Both the position numbers and the translations under genes were made by a program. Positions 48,352 to 58,349 of a stretch of DNA of 64,000 bases are shown here, one piece after another (positions within the stretch are counted from its first letter, which is position 1; the number at the start of each line of letters is the position of its first letter). The stretch is from Occultella glacieicola (lineage in GTDB: Bacteria > Actinomycetota > Actinomycetes > Actinomycetales > Beutenbergiaceae). The stretch is from contig NZ_SMNA01000004.1 of the NCBI RefSeq assembly GCF_004353825.1, forward strand, positions 124,001 to 188,000. The letters are read 5' to 3'. Below the pieces are notes generated by a model. It saw only the letters and a list, made by a program, of their open reading frames with translations, was not told the DNA's origin and ran no database searches.

Positions 48352-50628
48352 ATGTCTGTCGACCCCGCCGCCAACCCAACGGATCCCGCTGCTTCCACCG
48401 GCGCAGCGCCGGCCGCGTCCTCGGATGCGACTGCGGCGCCGGAGCCCGATGCGGCCGCCGAGGCGGCGGCCGTCGACGGTGACGTCGACGAGCAGGCGAC
48501 CCCCGCCGTCGACCAGGACCCCGACGTTTCCGCGGAAGCGATCACGGCGCCCGAGCCCGGCGCGGCCGCTGAGGCTGCCACGACCGACGGTGACGCCGTC
48601 GCCGAGGTGACCCCCGCCGTCGAGCCGGAGCCGGACGCCTGGCCGATCGCGCTGACCGGCATGGGCTTCGGCGGCGACTACAACCCGGAGCAGTGGCCGA
48701 TGGCCACCCGCCTGGAGGACGTCCAGCTGATGCGGGAGGCCGGGGTGAACATCGTCAGCCTGGCGATCTTCTCCTGGGCCACGATCGAGCCGCGCGAGGG
48801 CCGCTACGACTGGGCCTGGCTTGACAACATGATGGACCGGCTCGCCGCGGCCGGGATCCGGGTCGCGCTGGCGACCGCGACCGCGTCGCCACCGCCGTGG
48901 CTGACCATGGCGCACCCGGAGATCCTGCCCCGGCTCGCCGACGGCACCGTGCTCGGTCAGGGCGGGCGCCAGGCGTACGCGATCTCCTCGAAGGTCTACC
49001 GCGACTACGCGGTGAAGATGGCGAAGGCGGTCGCCGAACGCTACGCGGGTCACCCCGCGCTGGCGCTGTGGCACGTCGACAACGAGATCGGCTGCCACGT
49101 CCCGCACGACTACTCCGAGTCCGCCGAGAAGGCGTTCCGGGCCTGGCTGATCAAGCGGTACAAGTCGATCAACGCGCTGAACGAGGCCTGGGGCACCGCC
49201 TTCTGGTCGCAGAAGTACAACTCGTTCAAGGACGTCCTGCCGCCGCGGGCCGCCCCCACCTACGCGAACCCGACCCAGCAGCTGGACTTCGCGCGGTACT
49301 CCTCCGACACCCTGCTCAGCTACTACACGCTGCTGCGGGACGCAGTCCGCAAGATCACGCCCGAGGTCCCGATCACCACGAACTTCATGGTCGGGCCGGG
49401 CACGAAGTGGATGGACTACTACCGCTGGGGCGACGAGGTGGACGTGGTCGCGACCGACCACTACACGGTCGCCGCAGACGCCGAGCGCGAGATCGACCTC
49501 GCCCTGGCCGCGGACATGACCCGTGGCACCGCCAAGGGCAGGCCGTGGATCCTCATGGAGCACTCCACCGGCGCCGTGAACTGGCAGCCGCGCAACCGCG
49601 CGAAGGGGCCGGGGGAGATGCTGCGGAACTCGCTGGCCCACGTCGCCCGAGGCGCGGACTCGGTGATGTTCTTCCAGTGGCGCCAGTCCCGGGCCGGCGC
49701 GGAGAAGTTCCACTCCTCGTTGGTGCCGCACGCCGGCCGGAACTCCGAGATCTGGTCCGACACGGTGCGCCTGGGCGAGACCCTGCGGGCGATCGCGGAC
49801 GTGCGGGGGTCGCGCGTGCAGGCGCGCGCGGCGATCGTGTTCGACTACCAGAACTGGTGGGCCGTCGAACTGGACTCGCACCCGAGCGAGGACGTCACCG
49901 CGTTCGACCGGCTGCGCGCGCTCTACCGCGAGCTCTGGCGACGTGGCGTGACCGTGGACGTGGTGAACCCGACCGCCGACCTGTCCGGCTACGACCTGGT
50001 CGTGGTACCGACGCTGTACCTGGTTACCGACGAGGGGGCCGCCAACATCGCGGCCGCCGCCGAGCGTGGCGCCAGCGTGCTGATCACCTACTTCTCCGGC
50101 ATCGTCGACGAGAACGACCACGTGCGCCTCGGCGGCTACCCGGGTGCGTTCCGGGACCTGCTCGGGGTGAACACGGACGAGTTCTTCCCGCTGCTCGCGG
50201 ACGAGCGCGTGGCGCTCGATGACGGGACGACGGCGGATGTCTGGACCGAGCGGGTCCGCGTCACCTCCGCGCAGGTGCTCCGGTCGTTCGTGGACGGCCC
50301 GTTGCCGGGCGGGCCCGCCGTCACGCGCAACGAGGTCGGAACGGGCGCGGCCTGGTATGCGGCGACGCGGCAGGACGAGGCCGGGGTGGCGTGGCTGGTC
50401 TCGGAGCTGCTCGCCGAGTCCGGGGTCGAGGCGGCCGCCGCCACCGCGCCCGGCGTCGAGGTCGTCCGGCGGGCCGGCGAGGACGGCGCGTCCTACCTGT
50501 TCGTGCTCAACCACACCGACGCCACGGCGAGCGTGCCCGCGCGCGGTACCGACCTGATCACCGGAACCGTGCACGATGGCGACGTCACCGTGCCCGGCTG
50601 GGGCTCCGCCGTCGTCCGGGAGGCCTGA
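48352..50628 (+). CDS. GH42 beta-galactosidase with an acidic N-terminal extension
   Basis: FGGDYNPEQW, IFSWATIEP, WHVDNE (acid/base), WGTAFWSQ, ITTNFM, LMEHS (nucleophile), FFQWRQS..GAEKFHS. Confidence 0.95.
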   Translation: MSVDPAANPTDPAASTGAAPAASSDATAAPEPDAAAEAAAVDGDVDEQATPAVDQDPDVSAEAITAPEPGAAAEAATTDGDAVAEVTPAVEPEPDAWPIALTGMGFGGDYNPEQWPMATRLEDVQLMREAGVNIVSLAIFSWATIEPREGRYDWAWLDNMMDRLAAAGIRVALATATASPPPWLTMAHPEILPRLADGTVLGQGGRQAYAISSKVYRDYAVKMAKAVAERYAGHPALALWHVDNEIGCHVPHDYSESAEKAFRAWLIKRYKSINALNEAWGTAFWSQKYNSFKDVLPPRAAPTYANPTQQLDFARYSSDTLLSYYTLLRDAVRKITPEVPITTNFMVGPGTKWMDYYRWGDEVDVVATDHYTVAADAEREIDLALAADMTRGTAKGRPWILMEHSTGAVNWQPRNRAKGPGEMLRNSLAHVARGADSVMFFQWRQSRAGAEKFHSSLVPHAGRNSEIWSDTVRLGETLRAIADVRGSRVQARAAIVFDYQNWWAVELDSHPSEDVTAFDRLRALYRELWRRGVTVDVVNPTADLSGYDLVVVPTLYLVTDEGAANIAAAAERGASVLITYFSGIVDENDHVRLGGYPGAFRDLLGVNTDEFFPLLADERVALDDGTTADVWTERVRVTSAQVLRSFVDGPLPGGPAVTRNEVGTGAAWYAATRQDEAGVAWLVSELLAESGVEAAAATAPGVEVVRRAGEDGASYLFVLNHTDATASVPARGTDLITGTVHDGDVTVPGWGSAVVREA

Positions 50629-50652
50629 GCAGCCACGCCCGGGGGGAGCGTG

Positions 50653-51570
50653 CTAGGGACGGACCCGGATGACGGTCTTGCCCCGGGTCCGCTCGGTCCG
50701 GTTGAACGCGGCGACGGCCGCCTCGAGGGGCGTGACGGTGCCGACGCTCGTCCGCAGTCGCCCGTCCCGCACCCGCTGGACGATCTCGGCGAGCTGGGCG
50801 CGGTCGGCCTCGACCACGAAATCCAGCGCGAGACCCTGAGCGGGGCGGGCCTCGGGTGGGCCGGCGATGGTGACCAGGGTTCCCCCGGGTCGAACCAGGC
50901 GTGCGGACCGCGCCCCGATCTCGCCACCGATGACGTCGAAGACGAGGTCGACGTCGCCGACGTCCTCCAGCGCGTCGTTGTCGAGATCGACGAAATCGTG
51001 GGCGCCGAGGTCGAGCGCCGCCGCCCGGTCGGCGGAGCGTCCGGTGCCGATCACGTGGGCGCCCGCCTGCTGGGCGAGCTGTGTCGCCATCGACCCGACC
51101 CCGCCGGCCGCACCGTGGACCAGCACGCTCTGCCCCACGTCGAAGCGGCCGTGCACGAACAGCCCCTGCCATGCGGTCAGGCCCGAGATCGGCAGACTCG
51201 CGCCGATGGTGAAGTCGACGTCGCCCGGCAGCGGCGCGAGGTTGCGTGCCTCGACGGCCACGTACTCCGCCAACGTGCCGTCGCGCGTCCAGTCCGTGAG
51301 CCCGAACACCCGCTGGCCCACCGTCAGGCCCCTCGTGCCGTAACCGAGCGCGCTGACCACACCGGCCAGTTCGTGGCCGGGGATCGACGGCGTTCGGTCG
51401 CGGCCGAGGCGGTCCGTCCACGTCCCGGGCCAGGTCAGCTCACCCGGGGTGAACCCGGACGCATGAACCTCGACGAGGACGTCGTTCCCGGCCGCCTCGG
51501 GGTCGGGTCGCTCCGTCAGGGTCATCCCGGCCGTTCCCGCTGCCTGATCCGTCACCACAATGGCCTTCAT
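50653..51570 (-). CDS. NADP-dependent oxidoreductase (MDR, quinone-reductase-like)
   Basis: IPGHELAG, GTLAEY, LTAWQGL, HGAAGGVG, VFDVIGG. GGAGG SD. Confidence 0.92.
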   Translation of the reverse strand: MKAIVVTDQAAGTAGMTLTERPDPEAAGNDVLVEVHASGFTPGELTWPGTWTDRLGRDRTPSIPGHELAGVVSALGYGTRGLTVGQRVFGLTDWTRDGTLAEYVAVEARNLAPLPGDVDFTIGASLPISGLTAWQGLFVHGRFDVGQSVLVHGAAGGVGSMATQLAQQAGAHVIGTGRSADRAAALDLGAHDFVDLDNDALEDVGDVDLVFDVIGGEIGARSARLVRPGGTLVTIAGPPEARPAQGLALDFVVEADRAQLAEIVQRVRDGRLRTSVGTVTPLEAAVAAFNRTERTRGKTVIRVRP

Positions 51571-51710
51571 CGGACACCTCCACGTTCGGACCTCGTCGGC
51601 ATCGACCAGTATCGCCTGACGCCGGATCCCGGTGTCAGGCCCCCGTGGATCGGGCACACGCAGGGGCGGGTCATGGAGCGGTGGGCGGACCAGTGCTAGC
51701 GTGCCCCACC

Positions 51711-52820
51711 ATGCTGGCCGACCGATCCATCACCCGTATCGAGACCGCCGAGATCCCCGCGCGCTACCCGCGCCGCATCGGGCGGAACGCGCGCCTGGGA
51801 AGCCACGGCTCCGGGCCGACGGCGACCGCCGTCCAGCTGCGGACCGACGACGGGGCGAGCGGGTGGGGCCTGCTCGGGCGGGGTGGGCTGGACGGCTTGG
51901 ACGCGCTGCTGGGCGCGCCGGTCGGCACCCTGTTCGATCCCGCGGTCGGGGTCATCGATGAGCGTGCCTCGGCGCTCGATTTCGCCCTGCACGACCTGGC
52001 CGCCCGCGACCTGGGGGTGCCGGTGCACGAGCTGCTCGGTGGCCGTGGCGAGACCACGGTCGATTGCTACTCCGGCGCGATCTACTTCGACGACCTCGAC
52101 CCCGAGGAGGCCCCGCGTGGGCTGGGGGCGGTGCTCGCGAACTGCGCGTCCGACCGGGAGGCGGGCTACCGGGCGTTCAAGCTGAAGATCGGGCGCGGCC
52201 ACCGCTGGCTGGACCGCGAGGAGGGTTTCGCGCGTGATGTCGAGGTCACCCACGCGGTCCGCGAGGCCCACCCGGACGCACGGATCCTCGTCGACGCCAA
52301 CAACGGATTCAGTCCCCAGGAGACGGTCCGCTACCTGCGGGCGGTCGCGGACTGTGACCTGTACTGGATCGAGGAGCCGTTCCACGAGAACGCGGCGGGA
52401 CTGCGGCTCGTGCGCGACTTCCTGCGGGAGCGCGGCTCGTCGACACTGGTCGCCGACGGTGAGTTCGAGCCCGACGAGGATCAGGTGCTGGACCTGGCGG
52501 CCGCCGGGCTCATCGACGTGCTCCTGATGGACGTCGTCTCGTTCGGGCTCACGTCCTGGCGGCGGGTGATGCCGACGGTCCGGGAACTCGGCGTCGATGC
52601 CTCCCCGCACGCGTGGGGCCTGCCGATCAAGACCTGGTACGCGGCCCAGCTCGCGGCCGGCCTGGGGTCGGTCCGCACGGTCGAGGGGGTGCCGGGCGTG
52701 ACCGACGGGGTGGCGGCGGACGGCTACCGCCTGGTCGAGGGACGTCTCAGCGTCCCGGACGCACCGGGGTTCGGCCTCGAGCTCACCGCGCCGACGCGGT
52801 CACTGGTCCCGGTCGGCTGA
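51711..52820 (+). CDS. Mandelate racemase / enolase-superfamily protein
   Basis: LDFALHDL, FKLKIG, VDANNG, WIEEP, ADGE, SPHAWG, PDAPGFG. Confidence 0.88.
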   Translation: MLADRSITRIETAEIPARYPRRIGRNARLGSHGSGPTATAVQLRTDDGASGWGLLGRGGLDGLDALLGAPVGTLFDPAVGVIDERASALDFALHDLAARDLGVPVHELLGGRGETTVDCYSGAIYFDDLDPEEAPRGLGAVLANCASDREAGYRAFKLKIGRGHRWLDREEGFARDVEVTHAVREAHPDARILVDANNGFSPQETVRYLRAVADCDLYWIEEPFHENAAGLRLVRDFLRERGSSTLVADGEFEPDEDQVLDLAAAGLIDVLLMDVVSFGLTSWRRVMPTVRELGVDASPHAWGLPIKTWYAAQLAAGLGSVRTVEGVPGVTDGVAADGYRLVEGRLSVPDAPGFGLELTAPTRSLVPVG

Positions 52821-52823
52821 GGC

Positions 52824-53723
52824 TCACGCGGCGAGGCCGACCAGTCGCGCGCTGTCGGTCCACAGCGAGTCGGCTAGGTCGTCGCGGACCGCGAGCGTGG
52901 ACGGGTCGAGCCAGGACAGCCGGCCCGAGCGCAGGGCCGCGTAACCGCGCTCGTCCGGGGCCGGGTGGCTGCCGCCCGCGAGTTCGGTCAGGGCACCTCC
53001 CGCGGCCGCCGCGGTGTTCAGGGTGGGTTGGAGGCGCCGCAGTGGCGCTCCGAGACCGGTGCCGAGCACCGACCACGCCACCCGCATGCCCGCCGGGAGG
53101 TCGCGGGCCAGGCCGGTGCCGAACACCTGGCCCGGGTCATAGGCGATCACCGTGGCCGCGCGGTCGCGCAGTTCCGGTCTGGACCGCAGCGACCGCGCGT
53201 TCAGGATCGTGCAGAGCTTGGCCGCGGTGTAGGCGTGCTGACCGGCCCGGCGGGGCCTGGCATCCCGGTCGGGGTCGCGGTCCGGGTGGGCGAGCAGGTG
53301 GGCGTCCGCGTGGCGGGGGACGGCCAACCCCGCCTTCGTGGCGGGGTCATGGGTGCCGCTCGTGGTGAGCACGATCCGGGACCGCTCCGCCAGCACCGGC
53401 AGGAGCAGCCGGACGAGCAGGTAGTGCCCGAGGTGGTTCAGGACGAACGTGGTCTCGTACCCCTCCGGCGTCCGCCCGTCGGCGTCGGCCCGGATCCCGC
53501 CGGCGTTCAGGACCAGACCGTCGATCCGTGAGTTGCCGAGCCGCTCGCGCACCGAGGCCGCGAAGGTGCGCACCGAGTCGAGCCGGGTCAGGTCCAGGGC
53601 ATCGGCGGGGTCCGCGGGGGAGCGGGCGCCGACGATCACCCGGGCGTTCGGGGCCTCGGCCAGGCGCGCCGCGGCACGGGCGCCGAACCCTGAGCTCCCG
53701 CCGGTCATCACGTATGTCGCCAC
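52824..53723 (-). CDS. SDR-family oxidoreductase (protochlorophyllide-reductase/retinol-dehydrogenase-like)
   Basis: TGGSSGFG, LVLNAG, NHLGHYLL, TSGTHDP, YTAAK. GTG start. Confidence 0.9.
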   Translation of the reverse strand: MATYVMTGGSSGFGARAAARLAEAPNARVIVGARSPADPADALDLTRLDSVRTFAASVRERLGNSRIDGLVLNAGGIRADADGRTPEGYETTFVLNHLGHYLLVRLLLPVLAERSRIVLTTSGTHDPATKAGLAVPRHADAHLLAHPDRDPDRDARPRRAGQHAYTAAKLCTILNARSLRSRPELRDRAATVIAYDPGQVFGTGLARDLPAGMRVAWSVLGTGLGAPLRRLQPTLNTAAAAGGALTELAGGSHPAPDERGYAALRSGRLSWLDPSTLAVRDDLADSLWTDSARLVGLAA

Positions 53724-53798
53724 GTTGCCCCCGCCCTCGCCGAGGTTCTCGCCCCGAGTGTAGCCTCGGCGTTCCCGCTGGGATCCGGGCCGATCGGC

Positions 53799-53825
53799 TG
53801 TCGAAACCGTGGCTGCTCGTACGTC
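53799..53825 (+). promoter_or_regulatory. ECF42-type promoter for the yciI-yciI-ECF operon
   Basis: TGTCGA-N17-CGTC matches the -35 TGTCGA / -10 CG(A/T)C consensus I recall for ECF42. Confidence 0.65.
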
Positions 53826-53944
53826 ATGGAGGTAAGGCCGTCGATGCGGCCCGGTCGGCGGGCGACGTCGGCCCCGAGCAGGAAGGATCGGACCCATGAC
53901 TGCGTCCGGTTCACAGTTCAGCCCGTTGGGCGAGGAGGAGTGAG

Positions 53945-54295
53945 ATGAAGTTCGTGGTCCTGTTGATGGCCGATGGCGCCGAGAAGGCGTTCGACGAACA
54001 GACCCCCGAGGAGCAGGGCGCGCTCATGGAGAAGTTCGGGGCGTTCGACGCCGCGTGCGCGGCCCAGGAGGGCGTGACGATCCTCGCCGGCGAGGCCCTC
54101 GCGGACGGAGACGCGGCGAGCACGGTGCGCACCCGTGACGGGCAGCTCACCGTGACGGACGGCCCCTACGCCGAGGCGGTCGAACAGCTCGGCGGCTTCT
54201 ATCTCGTCGAGGCGCCCGACCGGGACGTCCTGGTCGAGCTGATCGCGGAGCTGCCCGCCTACGACATCCAGATCAACCCCGTCCAGGAGATGTGA
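53945..54295 (+). CDS. YciI/DGPF-domain protein
   Basis: GEAL...ASTVR...VTDGPYAEAVEQLGGFYLVE. AGGAGGAG SD. Confidence 0.9.
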   Translation: MKFVVLLMADGAEKAFDEQTPEEQGALMEKFGAFDAACAAQEGVTILAGEALADGDAASTVRTRDGQLTVTDGPYAEAVEQLGGFYLVEAPDRDVLVELIAELPAYDIQINPVQEM

Positions 54296-54645
54296 GGATG
54301 AAGAACTACGTCATCCTGATCGCCTATGAGCCCTGGGACTGGTCCACCGCCACCGAGGAGCAGCGGGCGGCCTTCTTCGCCCAGCACGGTGCGTTCTCCG
54401 AGTTCATCGACGCACACGGCAAGCAGGTCGCGAGCGCGGCGCTGGACGACACCGACACGGCGACCACGGTGCGGCACGTGAACGGCGAGGTGGTCGTCAC
54501 CGACGGGCCGTTCGCCGAGACCGCCGAGATGATCGGTGGCTACTACGAGGTGGAGTTGCCCGACCTCGACACCGCCATCGAGGCGGTGGCGCTGCTGCCG
54601 CCGTCGTACTCCCTCGAGATCCGGCCGGTGATCGCCGTCAGGTGA
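54292..54645 (+). CDS. YciI/DGPF-domain protein
   Basis: ATTVR...VTDGPFAETAEMIGGYY...LEIRP. Start could be ATG 54298. Confidence 0.9.
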   Translation: MRMKNYVILIAYEPWDWSTATEEQRAAFFAQHGAFSEFIDAHGKQVASAALDDTDTATTVRHVNGEVVVTDGPFAETAEMIGGYYEVELPDLDTAIEAVALLPPSYSLEIRPVIAVR

Positions 54646-55907
54646 GCGAGGACGCGCTGGTACGCGTGGTGCGCGAGGAGTGGGGCCGTTTGGTGGCTCT
54701 GCTCCTCGCGCGCTACCGTCGGCTCGACCTGGTCGAGGACGCCCTCGGGGACGCGGTGGAGGCCGCGGCCCGCGCCTGGCCCGCCGACGGCGTTCCCGCC
54801 AACCCGGCCGGGTGGCTCAATACCGCGGCGTCCCGCCGGGTACTCGACCGGCTCCGGGCCGAGGCGATGCAGCAGCGCCGTGCGCCGCTGCTGGTGACCG
54901 AGGTCGAGCGGCGATCCGGGGGTACCGCCGTGATGGTCGATCCCGGCGGGCTCGTCGAGGACGACGTCCTGCGGTTGGTGCTGATGTGCACGCATCCAGC
55001 TCTCGGCGCCGAGGCCGCGGCCGCGCTTGCGCTGCGCCTCGTCCTCGGCGTGAGCACGCACGACGTGGCGAGACTGTTCCTGGTGCCCGAGCCGACGATG
55101 GCGGCGCGGATCACGCGGGCGAAGAAGAAGATCGTCTCCGCCGGAATCCCTCTGGCTGTGCCCGGGGCGGACGCGCTCCCGGAGCGGCTCGACGCGGTCG
55201 CCCAGATCGCCTACCTCGCCTTCACCGCCGGCTACGCCCCCGGCAGCGGATCCGACCTGCTGCGCGCCGACCTCGCGGGCGAGGCGGTCCGGCTGGTTCG
55301 GGTGGTCCTCGACGAGCGCCCGGGGGAACCGGTCCTCGTGGCGCTGCTGGCGCTCATGCTGCTCCAGCACTCCAGACGAGATGCGCGGGTGGGTGCCGAT
55401 GGTGACCTGGTCCTGCTCGGGGAGCAGGACCATACGTTGTGGCACCACGACGAGATCGAGGAAGGGCTCGCGCTGCTGCGCAGCCTCGGCGACGCGCACG
55501 TCCTCGGAGCGACGGCGGCCGGCTACCTCCTGCAGGCACGCATCGCCGCGGAGCACGTGATCGTCGGGAACGCCGCACAGACCCGCTGGCATCGCATCGT
55601 CGACCACTACGACGCGCTGCTACGTCTCGCGCCGTCGCCCGCCGCGGAACTCGCCAGGGCGGTGGCGCTCGCGGAGGCCGCAGGGCCCGACGCGGGTCTG
55701 GCCGCCCTCGACCGCATCCAGTTACCGGGCAGTCACCGGCTGGCGGCCGTGCGGGCGGAACTGCTGGTGAGGACCGGACGACTGGATGAGGCGCGGGTCG
55801 CCTACGGGGAGGCGATCGCGAGGTGCCGCAACGAGGCCGAACTGGAGCACCTGCGTCGGCGGCGGGCCGGACTCGCCGAGGACGAATCCACGGCGACGTG
55901 CCCCTGA
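54642..55907 (+). CDS. ECF sigma factor, ECF42-type (long C-terminal extension with TPR)
   Basis: Sigma2 (EDAL, WPADGVPANPAGWL), DDVLRLVLMCTHP, sigma4 (TMAARITRAKKK), LLQHSRRDAR, YLLQARIAAEH. Co-located with DGPF genes. Confidence 0.9.
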   Translation: MSEDALVRVVREEWGRLVALLLARYRRLDLVEDALGDAVEAAARAWPADGVPANPAGWLNTAASRRVLDRLRAEAMQQRRAPLLVTEVERRSGGTAVMVDPGGLVEDDVLRLVLMCTHPALGAEAAAALALRLVLGVSTHDVARLFLVPEPTMAARITRAKKKIVSAGIPLAVPGADALPERLDAVAQIAYLAFTAGYAPGSGSDLLRADLAGEAVRLVRVVLDERPGEPVLVALLALMLLQHSRRDARVGADGDLVLLGEQDHTLWHHDEIEEGLALLRSLGDAHVLGATAAGYLLQARIAAEHVIVGNAAQTRWHRIVDHYDALLRLAPSPAAELARAVALAEAAGPDAGLAALDRIQLPGSHRLAAVRAELLVRTGRLDEARVAYGEAIARCRNEAELEHLRRRRAGLAEDESTATCP

Positions 55908-55963
55908 CCGACGCCCAAGGTGCGGCCACGCTCCCCGGCCGGGACCTCGCCGTCGCTCGTTCC

Positions 55964-56191
55964 TCAGAGGGGCGGCTCGGCCGGCGGCGGGCCCTCGCGG
56001 CGCTCCACGACGGTGTGCGAGGTGTTCGTGCGCTGGCGGTTCATGACCAGGGCGACGATCAGCGCCAACACCCCGGCGGCCATGCAGATGTACCCGATCA
56101 CGGTCAGGTCCACCACGTCCCACTGGTCCCGCACCCCGAAACTGAGGATCGCACCGAGCACGATCAGGATGATGCCTCCACCGATACCCAC
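55964..56191 (-). CDS. Small membrane protein (DUF6458-like)
   Basis: MGIGGGIILIVLGAILSFGV...VDLTVIGYICMAAG. GAAGGG SD. Confidence 0.8.
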   Translation of the reverse strand: MGIGGGIILIVLGAILSFGVRDQWDVVDLTVIGYICMAAGVLALIVALVMNRQRTNTSHTVVERREGPPPAEPPL

Positions 56192-56296
56192 GATTGCGTT
56201 CCCTTCCGCCGGCTCGAACGTCCGGTCAGACCCCTCATCGTGCCGGTGACGGGCGCTGCCCGCACGTCGGGTGGCCCGTAGTGGCGGTGCTTCACC

Positions 56297-56743
56297 TCAG
56301 CCGGCGACCGCGACGGTCAGCAGGGTGAACGCGGCGACGATCACCGCCACACGCACGTAATGGAGCGCATCCCAGCGTGCCATCTGCTCGCGCCAGTCCG
56401 CCGGCACGGTCTCGGGCGTCCACCCCTTCGACCGGTTGTTGATCGGCACCAGCAGCGCCACGGACATGATCACGCTGACCACCAGCAGTCCCGCGGCCGT
56501 CCACGCCGGTAAGGCCGTCTCGGGGCTCAGCAACGCCGTGGCGGCGGTGAGCACGAGCGAGCCGATGTACCAGAACGGCATCACGCGCCCGAGCATCCGC
56601 GCGCCGTTGCTGCGCGCCAGAATGCCCGCATTCCCGGGCAGCCCGTCGACGATCGGGTTGATCACGAACGCGACCGAGGCCTCCACCCCCACCATCACCC
56701 CGACGACCACCACGGCGACGATCGGCAACCATTCCATGTCCAT
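56297..56743 (-). CDS. DUF1772 (anthrone oxygenase-like) membrane protein
   Basis: GVMVGVEASVAF, LGRVMPFWY, LVPINN, WDALHYVR. Confidence 0.85.
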   Translation of the reverse strand: MDMEWLPIVAVVVVGVMVGVEASVAFVINPIVDGLPGNAGILARSNGARMLGRVMPFWYIGSLVLTAATALLSPETALPAWTAAGLLVVSVIMSVALLVPINNRSKGWTPETVPADWREQMARWDALHYVRVAVIVAAFTLLTVAVAG

Positions 56744-56785
56744 CTCCCTGAACTTCGCGCAACTCTCGTTGGCTCGACCTCGGAA

Positions 56786-56830
56786 CTAGCAGTGCTAGAA
56801 AACGTAGCAGGGAAATGCTAGCGGCGCTAG
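56786..56830. promoter_or_regulatory. Twin TetR operators CTAGC-n3-GCTAG
   Basis: CTAGCAGTGCTAG (56786-56798) and CTAGCGGCGCTAG (56818-56830) between the divergent genes. The second overlaps a TAGACT -10-like hexamer. Confidence 0.75.
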
Positions 56831-56839
56831 ACTGAGGTG

Positions 56840-57445
56840 ATGACCTCATCGTCGGCATCGCACAAGGCACGTCGGCTCGCGGAGCGGGAGGCGCGGATCG
56901 TCGCCGCGGCCCGTGCGCTCGCGGAGGAGCACGGCTGGGAGGCGGTGACCACCCGGCGGCTCGCCGACGCGATCGGGTACAGCCAGCCGGTGCTCTATTC
57001 CCACTTCCCCGGTGGGATGTCCGAGATCGTCACCGCCGTGGCGCTCGTCGGCTTCGACGAACTTGCACGAGCGATGTCCGGCACCGGCGTCGGCGACCCG
57101 AGCGAGAGCGGGGCCGGCGCGGACGGCCTCCGCGCCATCGTCACCGCGTACCTCGGTTACGCCGAACGTCATCCAGCGACGTACGAGGCGATGTTCCGCC
57201 TGCCCATCGGGGCGCCGTTCGCGTCCGAGCAGACGCCACGTTCGATGCGGGTCGCCTTCGATGCGCTCGTCGAGGTGCTTCGGAGCCAGGAGCGGCCGCC
57301 GGAGGACCCGGCGACGGCGGCCGAGGTGCTGTGGGGCGCGGTGCACGGCGTCGCGACGCTCGGGTCCGCGGCGCGCCTGTCGCCCGGCAACGAGGACCGC
57401 CGGGTCGAGGAACTCGTCCGCCGCTATGCCGGTGGATCGGAGTGA
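56840..57445 (+). CDS. TetR/AcrR-family regulator (WHG C-terminal domain)
   Basis: GWEAVTTRRLADAIGYSQPVLYSHF, YEAMF, WGAVHG. Confidence 0.92.
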   Translation: MTSSSASHKARRLAEREARIVAAARALAEEHGWEAVTTRRLADAIGYSQPVLYSHFPGGMSEIVTAVALVGFDELARAMSGTGVGDPSESGAGADGLRAIVTAYLGYAERHPATYEAMFRLPIGAPFASEQTPRSMRVAFDALVEVLRSQERPPEDPATAAEVLWGAVHGVATLGSAARLSPGNEDRRVEELVRRYAGGSE

Positions 57446-57521
57446 GCGAGGAAGTCGCCAACGCCTCGAATCCGACGGTTGTCGGTGACTGACTCGCGGC
57501 GGTGGCAGCGGTTTCGGGACC

Positions 57522-58349
57522 TCAGCCCTTGATGCCGCTCGCGAACCCGATGATGAAGTACTTCTGCAGGAGGAAGTAGACGATCAACAGCGGGACGATC
57601 GCGATCGCCATACCCGCGAACAGCACGCCCCAGTCCGTGGCGAACTCGCCGCGGAACGCGTAGATCGCCACCGGCAGGGTCTGCTGGTTGCTGCCGCCCA
57701 CGTACAGCAGCGGGGTGAGGAAGTCGTTCCAGGTGGTGATGCCGGTGAGGATCACCACGGTGCCGGTGATCGGGCGCAGCAGCGGGAACACGATCTTGCG
57801 GAACATCGTGATCGCGCCGGCGCCGTCCACCCGGGCCGCCTCCTCGTACTCCCGGGGCAGCGCGCGGATGAACCCGGCGTACAGGAAGATCGTGAACGGC
57901 AGCTGGTGCCCGGCCTCGAACAGGATCAGTGAGGTCCAGGTGCCGAGCAGGTTCGCCGAGTTCATGACCTGGTACAGCGGCACCATGCCCAGCTGCAGCG
58001 GGATCATCAGCCCGAGCAGGAACACCAGGTACGTCAGCGTGCTCAGGCGGCTCAGCCGGCGCGAGAGCACGTACGCGGCCAGTGAGCCGAAGCCGACCAG
58101 GATCAGCACGCTCAGCGCGACCACGACGATCGAGTTGACGTACGCCGTGCCGAGCTCGCCCCGGTCCCACGCGGTCGCGAAGTTCTCCCAGTTCAGTGAC
58201 GTCGGCAGCGCCAGCGGGCTCGCGGCCACCTCGGCCTGGCTCTTGAAGGCCACCGTGAAGAACACGTAGAACGGGAAGATGAACGCACACGCGCAGACGA
58301 TCATCAGCACCTCGCGGCTCAGCCGGGCCGCCCCGAACCGTTGCCTCAT
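57522..58349 (-). CDS. Carbohydrate ABC transporter permease (MalG-like)
   Basis: EAA loop PREYEEAARVDGA, WNDFL, TLPV. Confidence 0.93.
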   Translation of the reverse strand: MRQRFGAARLSREVLMIVCACAFIFPFYVFFTVAFKSQAEVAASPLALPTSLNWENFATAWDRGELGTAYVNSIVVVALSVLILVGFGSLAAYVLSRRLSRLSTLTYLVFLLGLMIPLQLGMVPLYQVMNSANLLGTWTSLILFEAGHQLPFTIFLYAGFIRALPREYEEAARVDGAGAITMFRKIVFPLLRPITGTVVILTGITTWNDFLTPLLYVGGSNQQTLPVAIYAFRGEFATDWGVLFAGMAIAIVPLLIVYFLLQKYFIIGFASGIKG

